DNA of 64,000 bases, from the NCBI GenBank assembly GCA_963665275.2, contig CAXXIN010000007.1:512001-576000 (forward strand), given 5' to 3'. The DNA is from Negativicutes bacterium. Lineage in GTDB: Bacteria; Bacillota; Negativicutes; UBA1444. The translations under genes and the position numbers were made by a program. Below are positions 41,390-50,799 of this stretch, piece by piece. The notes under the pieces were generated by a model. That model was not told the DNA's origin and searched no databases. It was given only the letters and a program-made list of their open reading frames with translations. Position 1 is the first letter of the stretch, and each line of letters begins with the position of its first letter.

Positions 41390-43017
41390 CCCAGCATTTC
41401 CTCAAGTTCATTCATTTCTTTACTAATTTCATCTTCCAAAGTCTTGAGCTTGGCCAGAATCACTGTGGGCTTTTCATACACAACTTCTTCGAAAACATCC
41501 TCTTTATACTTGCTCATCGAAAGATCATAGTTTTGTGCCACAATCTCCTTTTGGGGCACAAAGAAAAACTTCGCCTTGCGATCGCTTGCTTTGTGCGGAT
41601 CACGGCTCTTATACTGCGTTACGATATCCTGCAGGTCGCCATATCCCTCCTGCTTTGCGCGCTTGTCATCCAGACTGCGGCCATCACTCTTCATGTCGTA
41701 GAACCAGACATTTTCCGTTTCACCGCCCTTGGTGAAGATCAGAATGGCGGTACTTACTCCGGCGTAGGGTTTGAAAACGCCGCTCGGCATTGCAATGACG
41801 GCTTTAAGTTCACATTTTGTGACGAGTATTTTCCGGGCTTCAACGAAGGCTTTGCCGCTACCGAACAAAACGCCCTGCGGTACGATCACGCCCGCAGTCC
41901 CTCCCATTTTCAGCAAGTTGTAGATGTTCTCCACGAACAGCAGTTCAGTTTTCGTAGTCTCCAGTTCCAGTGATTCATTGATATCGCCTTTGTCGATACT
42001 GCCGGTGAACGGCGGATTGGCCATCACGATCTGATACTTATTGACCTCTGCAAAGCCTTTGCTTAAGGTATCCTGGTAATCAATGTGCGGCGTGTCCACG
42101 CCATGCATCATTAGGTTCATCAGCGCCAGTCGGACCATCGTCACATCGATATCGTAGCCGTAAAGGCTGTCATTCAAAATATCACTAACATCTTTGGTCA
42201 AAAGACTACTCACCGAATTACGGATAAAGCCGTCTTCATCCGGTTGAAGATTCTTCTTGTTCTTGTCGAGTTGAGTCACTATATATTGATAAGCGCCCAA
42301 TAAAAAACCGCCGGTCCCGCAGGCCGGATCGGCAATTTGATGACCCAATTGAGGTTCGACCAGTTCCGCAATGAGCTTGATGATATGACGCGGCGTCCGA
42401 AACTGCCCATTCTTCCCAGCGCTGGCGATTTCGGAGAGAAGCATTTCATAGACATCTCCCTGAATATCTTGAAACGCCTGCCCACCTTCGTTGGCATCTC
42501 GTTCAATTTCCGCAAAAATCTCTTCAATGGTAGACATCGCTTCTGACAGCAATGTCGGTTTAGGAATAATGAAGACGGCGTTTTTCATATGATGCGTAAA
42601 TGAAGATTCATCCCCGTTGAGCGTTTTCAAGAAAGGGAAGACTCTTATCTGCACATGCAGAAGCCTTTCCTCTGGCGGCATGTGACTAAACTGGCTCCAG
42701 CGGAGAGTCTGCTTATCGACCCGGAACGGAGCTTCCTTCTCGTCTTTTTCTTTTTTTGCTTCGTCCAACGGTTTTGTTTCATCCAGTTTGAAAACATGCT
42801 CGGGCGGTACCCAATATCCCTCGAATTTTGACGTATAAGTCTCGTCGGCAAAATCTGCATCAGCGATTCTTTTGAGGTCCAGGTCATCCAAGCGCTTCAT
42901 AAACAAAAGGTATGTTATCTGCTCAATCGCCGTCAATGGGTTGGAAATGCCACCGCTCCAGAATTTATCCCAGAGGGAAGCAATTTTGCTTTTCAGTACC
43001 GGGTTATTTTGTAACAA
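41386..43017 (-). CDS. hsdM: Type I RM m6A methyltransferase
   Basis: GQFRTPRHI, DPACGTGGFL, ANPPF, FKPYAGV. Confidence 0.95.
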   Translation of the reverse strand: MLQNNPVLKSKIASLWDKFWSGGISNPLTAIEQITYLLFMKRLDDLDLKRIADADFADETYTSKFEGYWVPPEHVFKLDETKPLDEAKKEKDEKEAPFRVDKQTLRWSQFSHMPPEERLLHVQIRVFPFLKTLNGDESSFTHHMKNAVFIIPKPTLLSEAMSTIEEIFAEIERDANEGGQAFQDIQGDVYEMLLSEIASAGKNGQFRTPRHIIKLIAELVEPQLGHQIADPACGTGGFLLGAYQYIVTQLDKNKKNLQPDEDGFIRNSVSSLLTKDVSDILNDSLYGYDIDVTMVRLALMNLMMHGVDTPHIDYQDTLSKGFAEVNKYQIVMANPPFTGSIDKGDINESLELETTKTELLFVENIYNLLKMGGTAGVIVPQGVLFGSGKAFVEARKILVTKCELKAVIAMPSGVFKPYAGVSTAILIFTKGGETENVWFYDMKSDGRSLDDKRAKQEGYGDLQDIVTQYKSRDPHKASDRKAKFFFVPQKEIVAQNYDLSMSKYKEDVFEEVVYEKPTVILAKLKTLEDEISKEMNELEEMLG

Positions 43018-43018
43018 G

Positions 43019-45817
43019 TTATGCTGCCACCTTTTTCGTCAATTCCAAAATTTCGTCGATTTCTTTCGGCGTGAATAAACCGCGGATTCCCTGCGGGTGC
43101 AATATTGTAAACGGGGATTCAATTAAATCCCGTTTCTGCACAGTCTCTTTGTCCAAAATAAATTCTTTCAGCAGATTCAAAAAGTCCAACTGCCGTGAGC
43201 TCAGATTCGTATGGCTGCGGATAAACTGATCAAAGGCTTTGGTGACCGTAGCCGGGAAACTCTCCAGGATTTCCAGACCCAATATGTGCCGGATGAATTG
43301 AAGCAAGGTTGCTTTCCGATTCTGATACACCGTCTTGAGCAACTCTTCGGTAATATGAGGATGTTCCTCGTGCAAGAGAGCCGCCAGGCTCTCCGCCTCT
43401 GCTTCGCTAATGGCTTTGCCTTCTTTGATCTTTTGCAGCACCGGATTGCTTTCCGTCAGTTCCGTGATCAGTCTTTCTACCATCTCGCGGTACTGGGAAA
43501 CACTCACCGTCGAATGTTCCGGTCCAAACTCCACGAACTCCTTGGTTTTCAACAAGTCGACAAAATCAAACTGCGCCGGTCCCGACGTTTGATGATCATT
43601 ATCCCGATATTTCATCAAGGCAGATATCTTTTCGGCCAGTTCATCAAAGGTCGCATCGGTTGCCTTGGCCCAAAAGCTATGGGTCTGAGCCGCCCGAATG
43701 ATGACCTCTTCCTTGGCGACAATATTCACGGACAGCGGCAGTTCTCCCACCACTTCGATAATATTATCCTTCAGCGTATCGTATTTTCTTTTGTCCTCCG
43801 CCAATTTCGCCAAGGATGCTTCCAGCAGATCTTTTTGAAAGCGCATCGCCTTAAAATCAGTTTGCGAAACCGTCCGAAACAACGGTTTGATGTAATCCCG
43901 CAAAAACTCGAGTTTTTCATGCGTCAGCCTTGTCCAGAAATTATCATCCGCTAGCTTTTGCAATTCCGTGGCGGCCCCTTGAATCACTACCGAATTTTGT
44001 GGGAGTTCTTCGATCTGTTGCCGGAGCTTGCGAATCTCTTTTGCGGCAATGGCATCGTTTTGCGTGTCGATTGCTGTTTCAATTTTATCGAGCCTGATTC
44101 CGATGAAACGCACTGGGAGTGGGATTTGCGGAAGGGTGTCTTTCCCTTCGGGGTGCAGTTTAAAATACTCAAAGTTGTCCCAGCAGTCTAGGATTAGGAA
44201 CCGGTCTTTTGTCGTGCACCAAGGCTTTATCTTGTGCGATTCCAACAGGCGCGTGCCGCGACCGATCATCTGCCAGAACTTTGTATAGGAAAATACCGGT
44301 TTCGCAAATACCAGGTTCACCAGTTCCCGAATATCAATGCCGGTATCCAGCATATCGACACTGAGGGCAATTCTCGGCAGGTCATTATGCGTGAACTGAT
44401 TCAGCAGCCCGCCCTTGCCATAGACACGGGGGTCATCGGAAACAAGTACTTTCGCCAATTCCCCGTGATACTCCGGGTATAGAGAATCGAAAATCTTTTC
44501 GATTCTTCGCGCGTGAGCCTTGGACGAACAGAAAAATATTGTTTTCCCCGGAAGAACCCCGTTGGAATCTTTGATAGATTCTTCCATGAACTCTTTGACG
44601 ATGAGCGCATTGGTGCCCTTATTGGTAACCGTTTTTTCCAGTTCAGTACCTTCAAAATTAATCTCTTCGACTTCTTTGCCTGCCAGGATCAACCGTTTTT
44701 GATCTTCTAGCGAGATCGTTCGTTTGCTGATTCCTTCATCCTGAAACTTGGTGTGTATCTTCATCACCTGAAAGTTGCACAAGTAAGGCGGCGCGTGGTT
44801 TACAGCTTCCGCGTACGTGTAGGCAAAGCTGGGCAGGCCATCGTCACAATGAAAGAGTTTGAAGGTGTTGTGGTCGATAATATCGGTCGGTGTCGCCGTG
44901 AGTCCGAGACTAAGTGCCTGGAAATAGTCCAGCACTTCGCCATAAGTGTTGTATATGGAGCGATGGCTTTCATCGATCACAATCAAATCAAAAAAGTGCG
45001 GAGAAAGAGTGTTGTCCTCTTCTCTGATAATATTGAGCATGGTGGGATAGGTGGAAACATAGATCCGGCGATCTTTGGCAACGAGTTTTTCGCCAACCTT
45101 CGGCCATAGGGGCTCGTTGGGCAAGTGTTCTTTGAAAGCGGTTAGCGCCTGTTCACGCAAGGCGATTCTATCCACCAGGAACAATACCCTCTCAACATGA
45201 CCCGCGCGCATAAGCGCATCAATCAGCGCAATGCATGTTCTGGTTTTTCCTGTCCCGGTAGCCATCACCAGCAAAAAACTGCGTTTTTTCTTCTCGATCC
45301 CTTCCATGACGGAACGAATGGCGCGAAGCTGATAATCTCGCCCGGCAATTTCTGTGTTAATCAATTCCTCAGCCAGATGCTTTCGATGCTCGCGAATATA
45401 TTGAAACCGCTCTAAGTCATCTCGAGTGGGATAGCCTACCACTTTTCGGGGAGGATAATGTTCCAAGTCCCAAAAATAAATCTCATGACCATTGGTGTAA
45501 AAACAGAACGGCAGTTTGGAACCATATTGTTTTTGAATGTTGTAGCAATACTGCTTCGCCTGTTCCCGCCCGACGGCAGCATCTTTCGCAGTCTTCTTTG
45601 CTTCGACAACCGCCAGCGGTTTTGCGTCTCGTCCCAATAAAACGTAGTCGCTATATTGATGACCGGCATAAGGAGATCGTTCCTCAGCAACCCGATCTAG
45701 GAACGGCACAGAAATATCAAACTCTTTGACAACTTGCGCCAGGTTATTTACATCCCAGCCCGCAGCAAAAAGCTTGGCGTCAATATGTTCTTTTCGCGTT
45801 TGGGCTTCAGATGTCAT
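43019..45817 (-). CDS. hsdR: Type I RM restriction subunit (EcoEI/EcoAI-like C-terminus)
   Basis: DYVL..VVEAKK nuclease motif, MATGTGKT, DESH, LTATP, QMIGRGTR; likely start MTSEAQ at 45817. Confidence 0.93.
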   Translation of the reverse strand: MTSEAQTRKEHIDAKLFAAGWDVNNLAQVVKEFDISVPFLDRVAEERSPYAGHQYSDYVLLGRDAKPLAVVEAKKTAKDAAVGREQAKQYCYNIQKQYGSKLPFCFYTNGHEIYFWDLEHYPPRKVVGYPTRDDLERFQYIREHRKHLAEELINTEIAGRDYQLRAIRSVMEGIEKKKRSFLLVMATGTGKTRTCIALIDALMRAGHVERVLFLVDRIALREQALTAFKEHLPNEPLWPKVGEKLVAKDRRIYVSTYPTMLNIIREEDNTLSPHFFDLIVIDESHRSIYNTYGEVLDYFQALSLGLTATPTDIIDHNTFKLFHCDDGLPSFAYTYAEAVNHAPPYLCNFQVMKIHTKFQDEGISKRTISLEDQKRLILAGKEVEEINFEGTELEKTVTNKGTNALIVKEFMEESIKDSNGVLPGKTIFFCSSKAHARRIEKIFDSLYPEYHGELAKVLVSDDPRVYGKGGLLNQFTHNDLPRIALSVDMLDTGIDIRELVNLVFAKPVFSYTKFWQMIGRGTRLLESHKIKPWCTTKDRFLILDCWDNFEYFKLHPEGKDTLPQIPLPVRFIGIRLDKIETAIDTQNDAIAAKEIRKLRQQIEELPQNSVVIQGAATELQKLADDNFWTRLTHEKLEFLRDYIKPLFRTVSQTDFKAMRFQKDLLEASLAKLAEDKRKYDTLKDNIIEVVGELPLSVNIVAKEEVIIRAAQTHSFWAKATDATFDELAEKISALMKYRDNDHQTSGPAQFDFVDLLKTKEFVEFGPEHSTVSVSQYREMVERLITELTESNPVLQKIKEGKAISEAEAESLAALLHEEHPHITEELLKTVYQNRKATLLQFIRHILGLEILESFPATVTKAFDQFIRSHTNLSSRQLDFLNLLKEFILDKETVQKRDLIESPFTILHPQGIRGLFTPKEIDEILELTKKVAA

Positions 45818-46024
45818 TGATTGTCCTTTCCGCAAAGAAATGCTGCCGATATTGTTGTCGGCAGTTCCCTGCATGCAATTTTATGGCCCCTGTCAATTCT
45901 ATTGATTACACAACTGACTTAAATAGTGTATTGCTTAATCAAGTTTTATTCCACATCTTTTGATAATTCCCCTTCTTGTTAGTTGTTATTGGGAAGGCAT
46001 CTTGCAACAAAGTTCGGATTTCAT

Positions 46025-46152
46025 TTCTGCGCATTCGTTCGACCTCCGAGGGTGCAAAAAATCGCCTGAACCTAAGTCCCGGCGAACACAAATCCAACCT
46101 ATTCAAAATACCCCAAAGCTACGAACCCTTATTATTAGCGCTTATTTCCGTT
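46025..46152 (-). repeat. Direct repeat copy 1: rlmD-like last codons (RK*) + element-end sequence + terminator
   Basis: Aligns with 48488-48615 (ttcgacc..gggtgcaaaaaatcgcctgaacctaagtcc.ggcgaaca..cgaacccttattatt.gcgc.tatt). Confidence 0.85.
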
Positions 46153-46340
46153 ACTGAGTAGAACAGTGGGGTTGCCACCGCCCCCTCATCAAACCGTACG
46201 GGCAGTATACTGCACACGGCTTTCCAATATTCTTCTTCCCTCAGCATTCAGCTAACACGCATCCAGGCAAGACCACTGAAATAAATGAGTTTACGAATTC
46301 CACTCATATGGCCCAATCTATACAGGCGTTGTCGATTGGA
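46153..46340 (-). mobile_element. Group II intron 3' remnant (probable RT tail, domains V-VI)
   Basis: gaaagccgtgtgcagtatactgcccgtacggtttgatgaggggg (domain V-like) followed by a domain VI-like stem ending ctactc. Confidence 0.75.
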
Positions 46341-46341
46341 A

Positions 46342-47550
46342 TCAAATCAGTTCATGTAACGCATCTGCAATTTCTTCAAATGAAACAACAGTGAACAATT
46401 CCCATATAATCCTGTCGTTTCTCTTGTTAAATAGTTCCGCGCTCAAGCTGTCGATTCCGGCAAAGTTAAGCTTTAAAACTTCACGAACGTCTTTAATCTT
46501 TTTCCCACGTTCAGGTCCATATATTGCGCCAAAATTCAGCCTGTCGATCAGATCCTGCATTTCTCGAAATCGCTTAATTTTGTTGTCACCCTGAAAAATA
46601 TAATTGGCCAAAAGTTCCAAATGGCATCCAGCAATTGCCCACTGAGCCTTATCGCGTCTAACACTATTCCGAAGATATAACGATTGAAAGTCGTTCGCCC
46701 TTTGCAGCAGCTCGTCGTCGTTTTCAATATTTTGAACCTGGCGAATCAACAGTTTCATGTCTGCGAAGAGCAAGTCGGGATCATATGAAATATCATGTAT
46801 TGTGCACTCAAATTCAGCTGCCTTTTTATAGTTTGCCAGTACGAACTCCTTATTATCAATAATTCGATCCATATTGAAACTAAACAAAGTAATCACGTCA
46901 TAAATCTGCTTAAACTGTTCATCTGCTCTCTCGGCAGGAACTCCTATCGTATTAGGCCCGAGTGTAGTTAATTTGTCAGCGAACAGCATTTCCAATGTCA
47001 ATAAATTAAATTCTTTTTCAGTCTCTAGCGCGAACAAACTGTTTGGCTTAACTTTTTGCCATTGATATTCCTGCGCTGAAAATAAAAATTCAATTTTTAC
47101 TTCCTGTTTTCCGTTTTGGGCATATAGGTCTGCCCTATTACAAATAGTTGGAACTGTAACAAAATATGTTTCCAGCTCACCCAGTCCAAGTTTGGGATGT
47201 TTGGGCTTGTAGAGTCTGAATTTGCAATACTCTCCGTCGCCCTGAAGATCCGCTTCCACTTCTGCAAGGGCAGCATGCACATCTTCACGGGTTGCCAAGC
47301 TAATCATGTCAATATCTATGCTGGTTCTTTGGGTTGCAGCGGGAATGTAGAACTGCGTTGCCGCACCGCCTTTCAGCATGATTTTCTCTCCAAGCTTTTT
47401 TTGCAGCTGCAAGAACATCTCCAAATCCCAGATAAAAAGTTCAAACTTAGCTTTTGAATTGAATCCGCCATCTGTCATACGCTTTTCTATCTCGCTTTTT
47501 TCAAAAACCGTCGGTCCTAAGATGAGATTTTCTTGTTTTATCCCCTCCAT
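46342..47550 (-). CDS. AbiEii-family nucleotidyltransferase toxin
   Basis: LKGGAATQF..QRTSIDID, ADKL, KQIYD. Confidence 0.8.
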   Translation of the reverse strand: MEGIKQENLILGPTVFEKSEIEKRMTDGGFNSKAKFELFIWDLEMFLQLQKKLGEKIMLKGGAATQFYIPAATQRTSIDIDMISLATREDVHAALAEVEADLQGDGEYCKFRLYKPKHPKLGLGELETYFVTVPTICNRADLYAQNGKQEVKIEFLFSAQEYQWQKVKPNSLFALETEKEFNLLTLEMLFADKLTTLGPNTIGVPAERADEQFKQIYDVITLFSFNMDRIIDNKEFVLANYKKAAEFECTIHDISYDPDLLFADMKLLIRQVQNIENDDELLQRANDFQSLYLRNSVRRDKAQWAIAGCHLELLANYIFQGDNKIKRFREMQDLIDRLNFGAIYGPERGKKIKDVREVLKLNFAGIDSLSAELFNKRNDRIIWELFTVVSFEEIADALHELI

Positions 47551-48326
47551 GGCTCCTCCTTCAATTGATACCTCATGAATTCCAATGTTTTTTCTGGCAA
47601 CCTATTCAATTCTATAAGCCAATTGATTTCCCTGACGATTCCTCTATCTTTTGCAGAAATCTTCATTTTTTCCATTGCAACAGTTTTGTTTCTGCGCAAA
47701 CTTTGATAGATTCGTGACAGTTCAGGAATAGCAATACCATAGCCCATCCTAGTTACTGAGTAATATAGATCGACAAATCCCTTTTCTTTCCGGGCTATAT
47801 GCTCCTTTGACAGCGAAAAGTCCTTCCCTGTAAATAGCACAACGTCAACTTGATCAATATTTATTGTTTTGCCTATGATGTTTCTTTCTTTTTCGGTTAG
47901 CGCCATTAGTAGCTTTTCCTTCAGTATTCCTTGTATTTCGTTTATCCCGCTTTCCTCAGCTACTATCAAGGTTGGATACTTTTCTGGCACATGCAAAATT
48001 TCACCAACCAAAGCATCCAAGCCAGAGATATAAAAATTGTATCCGTAGTCTATAAGAGTATCGTAAATTACCTGTGACTGCTTTTGCATGTAATTATATC
48101 CCATCGCATTATGTTCCTTGACCCCAGTCAGGGCATAGTACCCATGCCCCGTTTTATAAAGTTTCCCGCGCTGAACCAATTCATATAGTCGCCAAGAAAT
48201 AGTTTTTTTGTTGATATCCGGATACAGTGAATATATTGTTCTAACATCTATTTCGTTGCCACTTTCCATGTGTCTTGAAAGTTCATTATAAAATTTCTCT
48301 TCAATTGACACGTTATTCGAATCCAC
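47538..48326 (-). CDS. AbiEi-like antitoxin/regulator (N-terminal wHTH)
   Basis: TISWRLYELVQRGKLYKTGHGYYAL wHTH, EKGFVDLY; overlaps the toxin start. Confidence 0.7.
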   Translation of the reverse strand: MDSNNVSIEEKFYNELSRHMESGNEIDVRTIYSLYPDINKKTISWRLYELVQRGKLYKTGHGYYALTGVKEHNAMGYNYMQKQSQVIYDTLIDYGYNFYISGLDALVGEILHVPEKYPTLIVAEESGINEIQGILKEKLLMALTEKERNIIGKTINIDQVDVVLFTGKDFSLSKEHIARKEKGFVDLYYSVTRMGYGIAIPELSRIYQSLRRNKTVAMEKMKISAKDRGIVREINWLIELNRLPEKTLEFMRYQLKEEPWRG

Positions 48327-48487
48327 ACTGCACCTCTCAAAACTTTTTTAGCAAATTTATTTTTTGCTCATTTTGTTTTGTTAAGTATATCAAAACTTTT
48401 TGAGCAAATCAATGTTTTGGATCGAAAGTTTTGCGAATAATTGTTTCGATTTCAATTGCAAACCCTCTTTTGCTCAGGCTTAGTAAC

Positions 48488-48643
48488 TTCCGCGCAAACG
48501 TTCGACCCCCGGGGGTGCAAAAAATCGCCTGAACCTAAGTCCAGGCGAACATATATCACACCCATCCAATTATCCCCAATCTCGCGAACCCTTATTATTC
48601 GCGCCTATTGCTTCTCTATCAACGCGACGCACTCGACGTGCCA
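48488..48643 (-). repeat. Direct repeat copy 2 with duplicated rlmD/rumA 3' end (relic att site)
   Basis: 48605-48643 encodes WHVECVALIEKQ*, the conserved C-terminus of 23S m5U1939 methyltransferases, followed by the repeat and terminator. Confidence 0.8.
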
Positions 48644-48726
48644 TTTGATAGAAAGGTGATACTAATACGCGTAATTGGAGATTCGCGAGAAGGTTTACCC
48701 CCTTTGAAGAAGGGGGGGCGATGATA

Positions 48727-50736
48727 CTACTCCGCCCTAACATCAACCTTTGTGTCATAAAAAGTACTGCCGGCAGCTTTGTCAGTTAATCGTTGAGAGG
48801 TAAGGGCGTTCACACCTCGCTTTCCAGGGGCGTTCTTAATCCACCAAACCCCTTCGGCAACGGCAACCCCCGACGGCACTTTTTCTGTTGTTTTAAGGAT
48901 GAAGGTGACCTCACCGCGGCAATTAAACGCCACTACCCGTTGCCCATCTGTCAGATTCTTAGCGGCAGCATCAACAAGGTTCATCTGCAAAGTCATGAAA
49001 GTCTGAGCCTTGTCCCCGACAAGATCGTACCGTTCATTAAAAGAAGAGTTAAGCATAATTGTGGTCGGGGCAGTCATCAGCCAATAGGGCGCTTCATCAC
49101 CATTAGGCGCAAAGTAACTTGGTATCGAATCGACTTCTGAGGGATTACGAACTTCAATTTTGCCGGAGGGTGTTCTGAAATCCATTTTATAGCCCGCTGG
49201 CAGTGGCAATTCAATTGGCTTGCCGGATTTTAGTTTTTCCATATCAACGCTAGCCAACCAGGGATTGGGGTTATCCAGCAGATGATCGATTAATTCGTCG
49301 GCAGTCTGCTGAAAATATGTTTCTTCAAATCCCATAGCTTTAGCTAATAAACCGAATACATCCCAGTTGGATTTGGCTTCGCCAACAGATGGTATGGCCG
49401 GATAGGCCCGTTGCATGCAATAGTGCCCGTAGGCTATGAAAAGATCACTGGTTTCCACTGAAGAAGCTGCCGGCAGGACAACGTCGGCGAAGTTTGCCGT
49501 ATCAGTCATAAATCGTTCATGCACCACGGTAAACAGGTCGTCGCGCTTAAGTCCCTCAAATACTGCGTTTTGGTCAGGTGTAACGGCGGCCGGGTTGGAT
49601 TGGTAAACGTAAAGACCCATTACGGGGTTAACCGGCGTTGTCAACGCCCCGCCCAATTGATTCATGTTAATAATCCGTGTCGGCTTTTCCATAAAGTCTT
49701 CGCGAGTTATGGCAGCCATATTAAGCGCGCTGGCGGTAGATATGTTTCCCATTAAGCCGCCCCCCGGTTTTGCCCAGGCGCCGATCAGCGCCGGCAAGCA
49801 GCTGATGATGCGCACCGTGGTTGCACCGTTTCCATATCGCGACAACCCTGAACCCAACCTGATGAAGGGCGCTCTCGCTTTTGCATATTCTCTGGCAAGC
49901 GCTTCGATGGTACTGACCGTTAGGCCTGTGATCTCACTTACAACGCATGGCGAGTACTGGGGTAGAATGTTGTCTCTAAGTTCCTCATAACCTTGAACAT
50001 ACTTGTCAACAAACGCGTCGTCCGCCAGGTCATCTCTGGCGATGATATGCATAATTCCAAGAGCTAATGCACCGTCACTGCCCGGTTTGGTTAAAAAGAC
50101 CCGGTCAGCGATTTGCGCCGTTGGGGTTTCATAGGTATCCACCAACCATACAGTAGCGCCTCGCTTCCTGGCCTCTCTTATCCCGTGCAAAAAGTGTATA
50201 TTTGTGGCAACGGCATTAATCCCCCAAAGGATAATCAGATCACTTTCCATAACTTCGTCTGGATGCGGCGCGAGGGTATTTCCCATTACCGATTTCCATC
50301 CATATCCCTTGGCAGGGGAACAGATCGTCCTGTCAAGTCGGGTGGCGCCTAAACGGTTTAAAAAAGCCTGACCAACATTACGCTGCACTAAACCCATTGT
50401 TCCCGCATACGAGTAAGGCAAAATGGCTTCCGAACCATGAGCTGCGATAATTCCCTGCCACCGACTGGCAATATGATCGATCGCCTCGTCCCAGCTGACT
50501 GAACGGAATTGCCCACTGCCTTTACTGCCTGAACGCAATAACGGCTTAGTTATTCGCAAAGGTGAGTGCACCGTTCTTTCGTAGTGCACCATTTTAGGGC
50601 AGAGGGTCCCGCGGGTGAAGGAGTGCTCCGGGTCACCCAGCACCTGCACTACCTGATCATTTTCCGTATAGATCAATAACCCGCAAGTATCGGGGCAATC
50701 ATATGGGCATACTGAGCGTTTAATTTCGGTTGCCAT
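48727..50736 (-). CDS. Molybdopterin oxidoreductase (bis-MGD family)
   Basis: CPYDCPDTC..LC.K Fe-S motif, SWDEA, DTANFADVVLPA, C-terminal MGD-binding domain. Confidence 0.9.
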   Translation of the reverse strand: MATEIKRSVCPYDCPDTCGLLIYTENDQVVQVLGDPEHSFTRGTLCPKMVHYERTVHSPLRITKPLLRSGSKGSGQFRSVSWDEAIDHIASRWQGIIAAHGSEAILPYSYAGTMGLVQRNVGQAFLNRLGATRLDRTICSPAKGYGWKSVMGNTLAPHPDEVMESDLIILWGINAVATNIHFLHGIREARKRGATVWLVDTYETPTAQIADRVFLTKPGSDGALALGIMHIIARDDLADDAFVDKYVQGYEELRDNILPQYSPCVVSEITGLTVSTIEALAREYAKARAPFIRLGSGLSRYGNGATTVRIISCLPALIGAWAKPGGGLMGNISTASALNMAAITREDFMEKPTRIINMNQLGGALTTPVNPVMGLYVYQSNPAAVTPDQNAVFEGLKRDDLFTVVHERFMTDTANFADVVLPAASSVETSDLFIAYGHYCMQRAYPAIPSVGEAKSNWDVFGLLAKAMGFEETYFQQTADELIDHLLDNPNPWLASVDMEKLKSGKPIELPLPAGYKMDFRTPSGKIEVRNPSEVDSIPSYFAPNGDEAPYWLMTAPTTIMLNSSFNERYDLVGDKAQTFMTLQMNLVDAAAKNLTDGQRVVAFNCRGEVTFILKTTEKVPSGVAVAEGVWWIKNAPGKRGVNALTSQRLTDKAAGSTFYDTKVDVRAE

Positions 50737-50799
50737 GAACATCTCCTCCAATAACATTGCGTCAGATATATACATGAACCAGTTACGTCTGTGTGACTA

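Noticed and set aside
46025-48615. Repeats as CRISPR or integron attC sites
   Set aside because: Only two long copies 2.4 kb apart, no spacer periodicity, no cas or intI gene; better explained by rlmD 3' duplication plus terminator.
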